From NCBI GenBank assembly GCA_036822315.1, contig DAISHV010000001.1, forward strand, positions 1 to 49,013: a DNA stretch of 49,013 nt. The letters run 5' to 3'. The translations under genes and the position numbers were made by a program. This DNA is from Bacillota bacterium (lineage in GTDB: Bacteria > Bacillota_I > Bacilli_A > RFN20 > CAG-826). Position 1 is the stretch's first letter; each line of letters starts with the position of its first letter. The notes under the pieces are model-generated. The model searched no databases. It had not been told where the DNA came from and saw only the letters and a list, made by a program, of their open reading frames with translations. This document shows positions 36,653-44,952 of the stretch, one piece after another.

Positions 36653-37276
36653 TTAAAGAGCAATGATATTGAGACCCTCAAGCAAAATCAATGTTGCTAA
36701 GACAACAAGCACCGTGCCGCCGAGAACTTCGCTCACTTCGTAACGACCTTTTAAAAGCTTCGAAATCCCCTTGCCAGCAAATAAGCCAACGAGGGAAATG
36801 ATGAAGGTCATGACGCCGATAATCAAGAAAGCGATATACGGACGATAGTCTCCGATGCCTGCGACAGTAATATGGATATTGGTTCCGATCGTCACGCCCA
36901 CAACGAGGGCATCAATAGAATCGGCGACACCCTGGAAAAGGACATAACGATACGTGAACTCCATCGGCTTACTTTCTTCTGGTTTTATCATGCCTTTGAT
37001 GCCTTCGTAGAGCATCTTGCCACCGATGAAAACCAATAAAGCAAAGGCAATCCAATGATCGTATTTATCAAATTCTTGGATATAATTCTGGCCGATTAAG
37101 CCGATGAAGTGCCCTAATAAAGGGAAAAGAAATTGCCCCAAGGCGAAAACTCCGGCAATAAAGAAATACTTCCGCTTACTGACGTTTTGAAAACAGAGTC
37201 CATCCGTGATCGAGAGCGCCAAGCAATCCATTGCTAGAGCGATGCCGTAGATGAAGGAAAGTCCAATCCATTCCAT
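36653..37276 (-). CDS. mntP: Manganese efflux pump MntP (DUF204)
   Basis: Two DUF204 repeats (ALAMDCLALSITDG and ADSIDALVVGVTIG). Start set at MEWIGLS (ATG) rather than the TTG at 37291. No recognisable SD. Confidence 0.8.
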   Translation of the reverse strand: MEWIGLSFIYGIALAMDCLALSITDGLCFQNVSKRKYFFIAGVFALGQFLFPLLGHFIGLIGQNYIQEFDKYDHWIAFALLVFIGGKMLYEGIKGMIKPEESKPMEFTYRYVLFQGVADSIDALVVGVTIGTNIHITVAGIGDYRPYIAFLIIGVMTFIISLVGLFAGKGISKLLKGRYEVSEVLGGTVLVVLATLILLEGLNIIAL

Positions 37277-37311
37277 AAAGTCGTGAGGCAAGTATAATAT
37301 AAATACGTCTT

Positions 37312-37416
37312 ATGAAAAAGAAAAAATTTAATCCCCTCTATATCTTTCCAATCATTCTCGCGGTTATCGCGGTTTCTTGTTTGGTCTTAATTATCGTTTT
37401 AGCCAACATCAACTAA
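37312..37416 (+). CDS. Candidate 34-aa small membrane protein (MKKKKFNPLYIFPIILAVIAVSCLVLIIVLANIN)
   Basis: ORF below the track threshold. TATAAT at 37293-37298 lies 13 nt upstream of the ATG. Polybasic N-terminus plus one TM. Stop is followed directly by the hairpin at 37421-37440. No SD. Confidence 0.3.
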   Translation: MKKKKFNPLYIFPIILAVIAVSCLVLIIVLANIN

Positions 37417-37449
37417 AAAAGGCATCGGCGAACCGATGCCTTATTTTTT
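37415..37449. terminator. Bidirectional rho-independent terminator (ends aguB on the minus strand)
   Basis: Perfect 8-bp stem ggcatcgg / ccgatgcc with a cgaa loop. A6 upstream and T-run downstream. Confidence 0.8.
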
Positions 37450-38307
37450 CGAAAGATCCAAATGGACGAGATCGCCATAAAGATCGACACGACGGTCGCG
37501 ATAAACGCCCCAGTTTTGGCGTTCCTCAGCGATATTAGAAAGATCGAATTCGGCAATCCGGAAACCTTCTTCTTCGCGATCCATCTCGGCCGCATAGTCG
37601 CCATGCTGATCGGCAATAAAGGAAGAGCCAAAGAACTTCATCGATGATTTTCCGGCCTTTTCTACACCAACACGGTTAGAAGCTAAGACTGGCATAATGT
37701 TAGCGGCAGCATGACCTTTCATAACGTTCCGCCAATGATCCTTGCTATCTTTGGGAAGAACGGGTTCAGAGCCAATCGCGGTAGGATATACGAGCACTTC
37801 TGCACCTTTTAACGCTAAGATTCGGGCGGTCTCGGGGAACCACTGATCCCAACAAATGGCAACGCCAAGTTTTCCAACCGCGGTCGGGAAAACCATGAAT
37901 CCCGTATCGCCCGGGGCAAAATAGAATTTTTCTTCGTAGCACTCTCCTGTCGGAATGTGGCTCTTGCGGTAAATGCCTAAAAGGCGACCATCGGCATCGA
38001 TGACCCCTAAAGAGTTAAAGAAAACGTTACCGGCCTTCTCGAAAAAAGAAACCGGAAGAACCGCGTGGTATTTTTTAGCCACAGCCTCGAAATGTTCCAG
38101 CGTCCGGCTGTGAGAAGCATCTTCGGCTAATTTAAACTTTTCATAATCTTCGACTTGGCAGAAATAATGACCTTCAAAAAGTTCAGGAAGCAAGACAAGT
38201 TGAGCACCGTTTTGAGTGGCTTTTGCAATAAGAGAGTCGGCTTTTGCAAGGTTTTCTTCATAAACCTCGCTCATCGAGAACTGGGTAATCGCAACCTTGA
38301 TGGACAT
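37441..38307 (-). CDS. aguB: N-carbamoylputrescine amidase (carbon-nitrogen hydrolase family)
   Basis: LPELFEGHYFCQ (Glu), YRKSHIP (Lys), ICWDQWFPE (Cys), YPTAIGSEP. These blocks are characteristic of AguB/CPA. Confidence 0.88.
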   Translation of the reverse strand: MSIKVAITQFSMSEVYEENLAKADSLIAKATQNGAQLVLLPELFEGHYFCQVEDYEKFKLAEDASHSRTLEHFEAVAKKYHAVLPVSFFEKAGNVFFNSLGVIDADGRLLGIYRKSHIPTGECYEEKFYFAPGDTGFMVFPTAVGKLGVAICWDQWFPETARILALKGAEVLVYPTAIGSEPVLPKDSKDHWRNVMKGHAAANIMPVLASNRVGVEKAGKSSMKFFGSSFIADQHGDYAAEMDREEEGFRIAEFDLSNIAEERQNWGVYRDRRVDLYGDLVHLDLSKK

Positions 38308-38310
38308 AGC

Positions 38311-40923
38311 TTATTCCTCCTTTAAAGGGATCTGCATGGTGACACAATGGATATTACCACCACCCAGCAAGATTTCCTTGCTCAAGATTTGATGAATGAC
38401 CTTGTTCGGGAAGAGTTTTTGCATCTCTGCTAACGCTAAAGCGTCTTCTTTCACGCCAAACGCTGGGAGAATAATGAAGTCTTTGCCTTGATAGAAATTT
38501 ATATACGAAGCTGCTAAACGCCGGCCGGCTTCCCGCTTATCCAATGTCGAGGCGTTGTTGGTGAGACCTTTGCAATCTTCGGCGCTCAAATAAAGCGCGG
38601 GGGAAGGCACTAAAATCTTATGAATAATCAGCTTGCGGCCTTTCGCGTCCACCGCTTCGGCTAAAGCCTCATATGTCGCTTGGCAATAGGAATACTGGGG
38701 ATCATTTGGATCCTCGCTCCAAGCCATGACCACTTCACCCGGTTTAACGAAAGCGACCATGTTATCAACATGTTCATCTGTTTCGTCTTTATAAATCCCG
38801 TGCGGCACCCAAATGACTTTCTCGACACCAAGGAAATCGCGGAGAACTTCTTCGATCTCCGTCTTCCGGAAGGTGGGATTCCGTCCTTTGGAAAGGAGGC
38901 AAGCCTCAGTGGTAATTAACGTTCCTTCGCCATCAACAGCAATACTGCCGCCTTCAAGAACAAAGTTTGGAAGATAGTAGGACAAGAGCTTCATTCGCTT
39001 TGAGATAATGGCCGCTAAACGGTCGTCATCTTTGTAGTTGCGGTATAGACCATCAAAATTTCCGCCCCAAGCATTGAACCGGAAATCGACAGAGCGCATC
39101 GATTTTCCATTGGTCACGAATAAGGCCATGTTATCACGAGCCCAAGCGTCGTTATAACGAATGGAAATCGGCTCAACGTTCGGAATAGCCAAGAATTGCG
39201 GAGATAATTTGCGATAAAGGGAGGGGGTAATGCCCACAATGACCTTCTCGTGCTGAGCGATGGCTTTTATAACTTCGGTGAAAGTTTCTTGAGCCGGAAC
39301 AGCCTTTTGTCGCCAAGTGTCTTGGCGGTAAGGCATCAACATCATGGTTGCTTCGTGCGCTAAACCTTCGAAAGGAAGATGATAGCCATCAGCGGTCGGC
39401 ATCGTTTTGCGGTTCTCGTAATAATCTTGGAGGCGTTTTTCATAAAGCGGGAAACGGTTCCAGCGGTCGTTGTCAACGACTTCATAGCGATTTTCATAAC
39501 CGGAAAGTAACTTAATTCCGATGTTCTGATAATGCTTGACCCGCTCGACGAGTTCTTTGGTCCAGACTTCACCCGGAACAATGAGAGGAATGCCTGGCGG
39601 ATACATCATGACTTGCTCTTTGGAAATCATGCCATCGCATTCTTCGACAGGGATGACTTTGCCCGGAGCGTGGAAAGCAACACGCGGGCGAAGGAGCATG
39701 AAAGGGAACGAATTATCAAAATGATGATCCGGATAAGTAATTTCCGGATGATAATGATCTTTGGAAATGTCCTTTAGCGCTGATAAAAGATGATCAACGT
39801 GCTCTTTCTTCGTGCCGATGGCAAAGATGCCTAAGACCGCATAGGTTTCGGCTAACTCCATCATGACCTCATATTTTTCTTTGAGCAGGTGATAAAGCTG
39901 GAAACCATCAATATCAAGATGATCAAGTCCAATCACCAGTTTGCTTTCATCGTAATTGAAGGCTCCGTGGGCTAAGAAATGATCACGACCTTCATCAATG
40001 AAACCGGGGATCTTATGAATCTCGCTCCGGGCATAAGCCGCTAATTCGTAGGTTCGAGACATGGCTTCCGAGCCTTCTTGCGAAGCCATATAACTTCGGG
40101 CGGCATCGACCGAGGCGATCAAAATGCCAGAAGGCGAAGTCGTATTGATGATGTTCAAAGATTTTTGGACATCGGTTCGAGCAAAAAGAGTGGTATGCAT
40201 CAAGAGAACAGAACTTTGAGTCAAAGACCCCACAGTTTTGTGGAAAGAAGCCGCTGACATATCGGCGCCGGCAGCCATCGCGGAAACTGGGCAATGCGGA
40301 CAATTGAAATAATAGTGAGCGCCGTGGGCTTCATCGCAAAGAACGGCCATATGGTGCTCGTGGGCCAATTTGACGATGTCCTCCAAAGGACCAACCGCGC
40401 CAAAATAGGTCGGGTTAATGACAAAAACAGCCTTAGCTGAAGGATTGCGAATGATGGCCTTACGCCAGTCATCAAGCGAAGGCTGATTTGCGATCTCAAG
40501 ATCGTTATCAATCTCCGGCATCACGTAAACTGGCACAGCGCCAGAGAGAATGAGACCATTGATGATGGATTTATGAACGTTGCGCGGAAGGAGGATCTTC
40601 TCCCCGGCTCGCACCGCAGTCAAAATCATGGCGATAATGCCGCTTGAAGTACCGTTAATGAGAAAGAAAGCTTCGTCGGCTCCGCAGGCATCGGCCAAAA
40701 GCTTTTCCGATTCCAAAATGACTTCGTGGGGTTTGGCCAAGTTGTCTAAGCCAATCGGCGCGTTGACGTCGCAGCGATAAACTTCGTGTCCAAAGAGTTC
40801 CGTTGCTGCGTTAACGATATTACCCATGTGGTGTCCGGGAACATCGAAAGGAGAAACGTCATCGCTGACGTATTTTTTGAGGGCGTCCACGTAGGGCGTC
40901 TTGCTTTGATCTAGTTTTGCCAT
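38311..40923 (-). CDS. Fusion protein: SpeA-type (fold-I PLP) arginine/Orn/Lys decarboxylase (aa ~1-485) plus agmatine deiminase (aa ~508-870)
   Basis: N-terminal half: LPRNVHKS, VINPTYFG, DEAHGAH, PLP-Lys SFHKTVGSLTQSS, YPPGIPLIVPGE. C-terminal half: HEATMMLMPYRQDTW, YNDAWARDN, EHVDNM, GGGNIHCVTMQIP. Uninterrupted 870-codon frame. Confidence 0.85.
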   Translation of the reverse strand: MAKLDQSKTPYVDALKKYVSDDVSPFDVPGHHMGNIVNAATELFGHEVYRCDVNAPIGLDNLAKPHEVILESEKLLADACGADEAFFLINGTSSGIIAMILTAVRAGEKILLPRNVHKSIINGLILSGAVPVYVMPEIDNDLEIANQPSLDDWRKAIIRNPSAKAVFVINPTYFGAVGPLEDIVKLAHEHHMAVLCDEAHGAHYYFNCPHCPVSAMAAGADMSAASFHKTVGSLTQSSVLLMHTTLFARTDVQKSLNIINTTSPSGILIASVDAARSYMASQEGSEAMSRTYELAAYARSEIHKIPGFIDEGRDHFLAHGAFNYDESKLVIGLDHLDIDGFQLYHLLKEKYEVMMELAETYAVLGIFAIGTKKEHVDHLLSALKDISKDHYHPEITYPDHHFDNSFPFMLLRPRVAFHAPGKVIPVEECDGMISKEQVMMYPPGIPLIVPGEVWTKELVERVKHYQNIGIKLLSGYENRYEVVDNDRWNRFPLYEKRLQDYYENRKTMPTADGYHLPFEGLAHEATMMLMPYRQDTWRQKAVPAQETFTEVIKAIAQHEKVIVGITPSLYRKLSPQFLAIPNVEPISIRYNDAWARDNMALFVTNGKSMRSVDFRFNAWGGNFDGLYRNYKDDDRLAAIISKRMKLLSYYLPNFVLEGGSIAVDGEGTLITTEACLLSKGRNPTFRKTEIEEVLRDFLGVEKVIWVPHGIYKDETDEHVDNMVAFVKPGEVVMAWSEDPNDPQYSYCQATYEALAEAVDAKGRKLIIHKILVPSPALYLSAEDCKGLTNNASTLDKREAGRRLAASYINFYQGKDFIILPAFGVKEDALALAEMQKLFPNKVIHQILSKEILLGGGNIHCVTMQIPLKEE

Positions 40924-41013
40924 ATTGCGATTGATATATTACACGTTTACATAGTAAAAGAAAGACCAAAGCAATATGCCTTTTCTGTTTAGGGCTTCTT
41001 ATCGAAGAAAAGA

Positions 41014-41622
41014 TTAATTCCTCTCAAGGTTGGCTTTAAATAAGGTTCGAACATCATCTTCATCCATGAAGGGATAAAACTCGTCTAACTCCAAGTCTGC
41101 TTCGGGATGTGAGACGTATTCTTTCACCAGTTCATGAAGGGCATCCTCGCTAGCAAACGCCACTGTTTTTTTAGCCCGAGGATCGTGATTTTTGACCTGG
41201 GCGATGAAAAGCTTGTCGATATCGTCATCGTCCAAAAACGGCAGAAGATCATTCCCATCGACTCCGCCAAAAGAACCGCCTTGGGCCAAAATGAAATTAA
41301 GAAGCTTTGTAAGGTCTTCGTCTTCAAGGAAAGGGAACAACCCCCTGAGATCTATAGAAGGATTGCCGTTTTTAACGATCTCATCAACAAGGCGGCTGAG
41401 TCCTTCATCGCTAGCGAAAGGGTAGAAATGGCGAAGGTCTTGCCCTTTTCGGTAAAACGAAAGCATAAGCATGTCGACATCGTCCTCATCCAAGAACGGA
41501 AGGAGATTCGAATAGGTCACCCCTTGGTAGTTACCGTCAGGACTCTCTGCCACTTTTTGGGCCAATTGCTTGAGTTCTTCTTCATCCAAAAATGGAATCA
41601 TCGCTTTGTAATTCATGAGCAA
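41014..41622 (-). CDS. Acidic repeat protein with seven ~29-aa PF(L)DEDD-type repeats, function unknown
   Basis: Repeat anchors at aa 10, 42, 68, 97, 128, 155 and 184 (IPFLDEEEL, LPFLDEDDV, YPFASDEGL, FPFLEDEDL, LPFLDDDDI, VAFASEDAL, YPFMDEDDV). Overlaps the XRE gene by 10 nt. Confidence 0.6.
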   Translation of the reverse strand: MLMNYKAMIPFLDEEELKQLAQKVAESPDGNYQGVTYSNLLPFLDEDDVDMLMLSFYRKGQDLRHFYPFASDEGLSRLVDEIVKNGNPSIDLRGLFPFLEDEDLTKLLNFILAQGGSFGGVDGNDLLPFLDDDDIDKLFIAQVKNHDPRAKKTVAFASEDALHELVKEYVSHPEADLELDEFYPFMDEDDVRTLFKANLERN

Positions 41623-42068
41623 TTCCCTCCTTGCTTAAGCAAACGCATTTCTTCGGGTGTCAATTGATCTTGCAGCATCGGAAGTGACAAATGAATTTTT
41701 CCCTCTTGAGCTGCCTTAATCAATCGGAGTCTTTCTTCCATGGTCGCGTGGTAAAAAAGCTGGGGGATATCCACGCTGATCTCATTGGCGATGACGGAAC
41801 GAATAACGTATTCACGATCATGACCATCAAACGGATTATCTGGATTGAGAACAGGCTTCTCGCCTAAGCAAAGAATTTCTTCAAAAGAGACGCCGAAAAT
41901 TTTAGCGAGCTCAATCACATTATCGATGCTTGGCGCCGCTTTCCCCGTCTCCCAAGCACTGACGGCTTGGCGCGAGACGAGCAAAGTTTCGGCAAGGCGA
42001 TCCTGCGAGAGATTCTTTTGGCTCCGCAAAGTGCTGATTTTCCTTCCCACCGAAACAAGATCAATCAT
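41613..42068 (-). CDS. XRE-family HTH regulator with a C-terminal repeat-like domain
   Basis: HTH LSQDRLAETLLVSRQAVSAWETGKAAPSIDNVIELAKIFGVS. The C-terminal ~75 aa contain PFDGHDREYV, ATMEERLRLI and LTPEEMRLL units resembling the downstream repeat protein. Confidence 0.85.
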   Translation of the reverse strand: MIDLVSVGRKISTLRSQKNLSQDRLAETLLVSRQAVSAWETGKAAPSIDNVIELAKIFGVSFEEILCLGEKPVLNPDNPFDGHDREYVIRSVIANEISVDIPQLFYHATMEERLRLIKAAQEGKIHLSLPMLQDQLTPEEMRLLKQGGNCS

Positions 42069-42214
42069 AAATCCCTTTCAGCATAGTCCTTTTCCCAAAC
42101 CTCTTCGATAGAATTCTCCGAGACATAGTTTCCTAGAGAAAGCCCCTGATAACGGCAGCTTCTTTCCCGGATTTCTCGGCAAGCTTCTTTGATGGTCTTT
42201 GCTAAGAATTTCAT
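42065..42214 (-). CDS. Candidate 49-aa protein translationally coupled to the XRE gene (not in the ORF track)
   Basis: ATG at 42214 preceded by GGAGGACAAAAAG. Product MKFLAKTIKEACREIRERSCRYQGLSLGNYVSENSIEEVWEKDYAERDL. Its TGA overlaps the XRE ATG (ATGA). Confidence 0.5.
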   Translation of the reverse strand: MKFLAKTIKEACREIRERSCRYQGLSLGNYVSENSIEEVWEKDYAERDL

Positions 42215-42305
42215 CTTTTTGTCCTCCAGCAAAACCATCATAGAAAAAAGAAAAGCCCCTGTAACGCAACGGGTGATTGCGGAACAAAGGGTTACGGAAA
42301 CTTTC

Positions 42306-43091
42306 TCAAATTAAATGGAAGTGTTGCAAGGCTTGAGAGATTCCGTTATTCCAAACTTCGCTCGTGACATAACTCGCACATTGTTTGACTTCATCTTTGC
42401 CGTTTCCCATGCAAACAAAGGTGCCAACATGTTCAGAAATTGAAATGTCCTGGAGGTCATCTCCAAAGCCCAACGACTCCTCCTTTTTAAAGCCGTAATG
42501 ACGCAAAATATCTTCGCAAGCTTCTCCTTTAAGATGAGGGGCGGGCATCACATCGACGGCATAATCGAAATAACGAGAATAAATGAGTTGAGGAAACAAA
42601 TGCGACATCTCTTGATCACGAGATTTTGGAGCAAAGAAATTCAAAGCTACGACTTCTTGGCCTGTATAAACACCTAAGGGCGGAATCGATTCATGATAAG
42701 CGTGGTAGAACTTCCGTGAAGAATAAGTTTGGGGAAATAAGAGCGTCCGATCGATCGGTCCAACGATTTCAAGCGTTAGTTTTCGCTCATGGGCGGCTTT
42801 GATAAAAGAAGCGACATCTGCATCTTTCATGAGGATTTTGCGGAGATATTGATGGTCGGCATAGGCCACTCCTCCAGCGCTAGAAACATAACCATCCCAG
42901 TCAATTCCGAGATTGTTCACGCCGAATTGATTGAGGCTATGAAAAGGACGAGCGGTGCATAAAACAGCTTTGATCCCTTCCGCCTTTAATTCTTTGATCG
43001 CCGAAAGAGTGCTGGCAGGCCAACAATGGTTCTTGTGGTCATAGAGCGTCCAATCGATATCGAAGAAAACGATCTTGAAAGGGGATGACAT
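42306..43091 (-). CDS. Cof-type HAD-IIB hydrolase (sugar-phosphate phosphatase-like)
   Basis: Motif I IVFFDIDWTLYD, motif II CTARP, motif IV GFGDDLQDISI. Confidence 0.85.
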   Translation of the reverse strand: MSSPFKIVFFDIDWTLYDHKNHCWPASTLSAIKELKAEGIKAVLCTARPFHSLNQFGVNNLGIDWDGYVSSAGGVAYADHQYLRKILMKDADVASFIKAAHERKLTLEIVGPIDRTLLFPQTYSSRKFYHAYHESIPPLGVYTGQEVVALNFFAPKSRDQEMSHLFPQLIYSRYFDYAVDVMPAPHLKGEACEDILRHYGFKKEESLGFGDDLQDISISEHVGTFVCMGNGKDEVKQCASYVTSEVWNNGISQALQHFHLI

Positions 43092-43107
43092 GCAAGAGAT
43101 TATAGCA
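43092..43107 (-). promoter_or_regulatory. Extended -10 promoter (TGcTATAAT) placed 7 nt from the ATG: predicted leaderless mRNA
   Basis: Minus-strand acTGcTATAAT-ctcttgc-ATG. No SD is possible in the 7-nt gap. Confidence 0.55.
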
Positions 43108-43142
43108 GTCGGCTTGCCTCGAAGGATAGTCGAAGCGAAAGA

Positions 43143-44921
43143 TTAATCTTTCGAGCCCGATAGCGAAGAAACCAATTTATAAAAATATTCGTAGCAAAGC
43201 ACGTTAAGACTTCGCATATCGGCGATATTGATTTTTACGATTTTCCGGTCATACGTCACTAAACCGTTCTCCTCTTCTTCGATATCGCTTAGCTGAGTGA
43301 AGATGGCCATATTCAGACCTTGTTTTCGGATGTTGGCGAGAACCCGTTTTCGATAAAGGCGCGAGACTCCATCGTTATAAGCACCAAAAGAATGGTAATA
43401 ACGATAACCGAAGGACCGCTTCGAATAAACGTGGCGATCGACTTTTAAAGAGAACCCACCACATTCACTAAGTCCAAGAACACGTTTATGGTCGTTTCGA
43501 AGCGAGAGGAACGCCCAGAAATAAATATGATCAGAGAGGAAATCACCGCACCCCTTGTCATACCAGCCCGAGGCGCTATCCAAAAGACGCGAAGAATCCG
43601 CTTTGCGAACTTCATCGGTGATTATGGCGCTATCAAATTGGCCCCAGCCTTCATTGAAAATTGTCCAAGCAAAAAGCGAAGGAACGTTATAAAGCCGTTC
43701 GATCGTGGAGAGATAATCGAGCTTGAACTGGTCGCGTGACTGGTCAAGAACTCGACCCAGTCTTTTGTGGCTGGTATCAGACATACTGAAATGGAAAAGG
43801 GGACGGGTATGAATCAAGAAAGAAGAATAACGAGAGCCGCCATTGATAAAATCTTGCATGACCAATAAACCGAGACGATCGCAGGCAGAATACCACCGCA
43901 TCGGAGCGAGCGTCGCGTGTTTTCTTACGCAGTTAAAACCGCATTGTTTCAAAAGTTTCAAATCGAAGAGAATCGCCTCTTGAGAAGGCGGAGTCATCCC
44001 GCTCTCTGGGAAATAGCCTTGGTCCAAGACGCCCGATAAGAAAATGGGCTTATTATTGAGTGCAAAGAAATGATAACGGCCTAAAACTACAGTCGAGAAT
44101 TTGCGCATAGCGAAATAAGAACGGACGCTATCATAACCCGCCGTAAAAACAAGGTCATAAAGATTGGGATCGTCTGGAGTCCATGGATAAAAACTATAAT
44201 GAAAATCGAGCAGACATTCGCCCGAGGGATCAAAGTTGCCTTTCGCGACTAATTGACCATGATAATAAGCTTCGACATTCGCACCAGCACGGTTGCCAAC
44301 GAATTCCGCTTGAATCTTGAGCTTTTGCTCATCAAAAAGCGGATTCATTTTCACACTTTTGATGTAACCGTCATCAGGAACGCTTTCGAGCCAGACGCTC
44401 TGCCAAATTCCACTGGTTGGAGTATACCAAATTCCGCTAGGATTGTTCGATTGCTTTCCGCGAGGGAAGATTTCGGATTCGGTATCATCGCTTACGGTAA
44501 CCTCAAGAACATTGCTTTTGGAAAGATAAGCCGTATGGACTGCGATGGGGAAATAGCCGCTTTCATGATGGGCAAGAAAATGCCCGTTCAGGAAAACGTC
44601 GCAAATTTGATCCACCGCATCTAAATGCAAAATGGCATCATGCCCAACATAAGCATCCGGAACCTCAAAGGTTTTGCGATAATGAAGAAAATCGCTCTTT
44701 TTAACTTTGGCTTCGACTCCGCTAAGAGCGGTTTCAACGGCGAAGGGAACCAAAATCGTTTGAGTAAAAGCACTCGGCCTCTTGGCGTTTTTTGTGATGG
44801 CAAAATCCCAAGGGCCATTAAGCGAAACAAAAGAATCACGTTGAAAAAGAGGATTGGGATGCTCGGGAAGGGGATGGCCACGATTAATTTTTTCCCCGTA
44901 TTCGCTGATTAAAGAAGCCAT
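43143..44921 (-). CDS. Glycoside hydrolase family 2 enzyme (beta-galactosidase/glucuronidase-like, specificity unknown)
   Basis: Sugar-binding N-domain (SLNGPWDF), TIM-barrel block with acid/base WTIFNEGWGQ and nucleophile LGLSECGGF. Confidence 0.8.
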   Translation of the reverse strand: MASLISEYGEKINRGHPLPEHPNPLFQRDSFVSLNGPWDFAITKNAKRPSAFTQTILVPFAVETALSGVEAKVKKSDFLHYRKTFEVPDAYVGHDAILHLDAVDQICDVFLNGHFLAHHESGYFPIAVHTAYLSKSNVLEVTVSDDTESEIFPRGKQSNNPSGIWYTPTSGIWQSVWLESVPDDGYIKSVKMNPLFDEQKLKIQAEFVGNRAGANVEAYYHGQLVAKGNFDPSGECLLDFHYSFYPWTPDDPNLYDLVFTAGYDSVRSYFAMRKFSTVVLGRYHFFALNNKPIFLSGVLDQGYFPESGMTPPSQEAILFDLKLLKQCGFNCVRKHATLAPMRWYSACDRLGLLVMQDFINGGSRYSSFLIHTRPLFHFSMSDTSHKRLGRVLDQSRDQFKLDYLSTIERLYNVPSLFAWTIFNEGWGQFDSAIITDEVRKADSSRLLDSASGWYDKGCGDFLSDHIYFWAFLSLRNDHKRVLGLSECGGFSLKVDRHVYSKRSFGYRYYHSFGAYNDGVSRLYRKRVLANIRKQGLNMAIFTQLSDIEEEENGLVTYDRKIVKINIADMRSLNVLCYEYFYKLVSSLSGSKD

Positions 44922-44934
44922 TGGCCATATTTTA
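44922..44934 (-). promoter_or_regulatory. -10-like TAAAAT placed 7 nt from the GH2 ATG: predicted leaderless mRNA
   Basis: Minus-strand TAAAAT-atggcca-ATG with no SD. Lies back to back with the plus-strand promoter at 44953-44961. Confidence 0.4.
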
Positions 44935-44952
44935 ATTATTCAGTAACTAAAA

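Noticed and set aside
37277-37420. Possible yybP-ykoY (Mn) riboswitch in the mntP upstream region.
   Set aside because: The minus-strand leader contains only AGAGGGGAUUAAA. It lacks the conserved GGGGAGUAG and partner motifs and the four-helix pairing I could trace. At ~145 nt it is also largely occupied by the plus-strand mini-ORF.
40924-41013. Possible terminator between the repeat-protein gene and the speA-aguA fusion.
   Set aside because: Only 4-5-bp AU-rich stems (CUUC-GAUAA-GAAG) are present, with no following U-tract. The region is better read as a promoter (TAATAT near 40936-40941) than as a terminator.
42078-42287. ORF-track 69-aa minus-strand ORF upstream of the XRE gene.
   Set aside because: It has no SD and an Arg/Gly-rich product. 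The same region in another frame holds a 49-codon ORF (42065-42214) with a strong GGAGG SD and ATGA coupling to the XRE gene, which is the better model.
42244-42297. Possible terminator downstream of the Cof-HAD gene.
   Set aside because: The minus-strand RNA CCCU...GCAA...UUGC...AGGGG followed by CUUUUCUUUUUU could fold. However, the stem is interrupted and I could not establish a stable helix by eye. It is left as unconfirmed rather than annotated.
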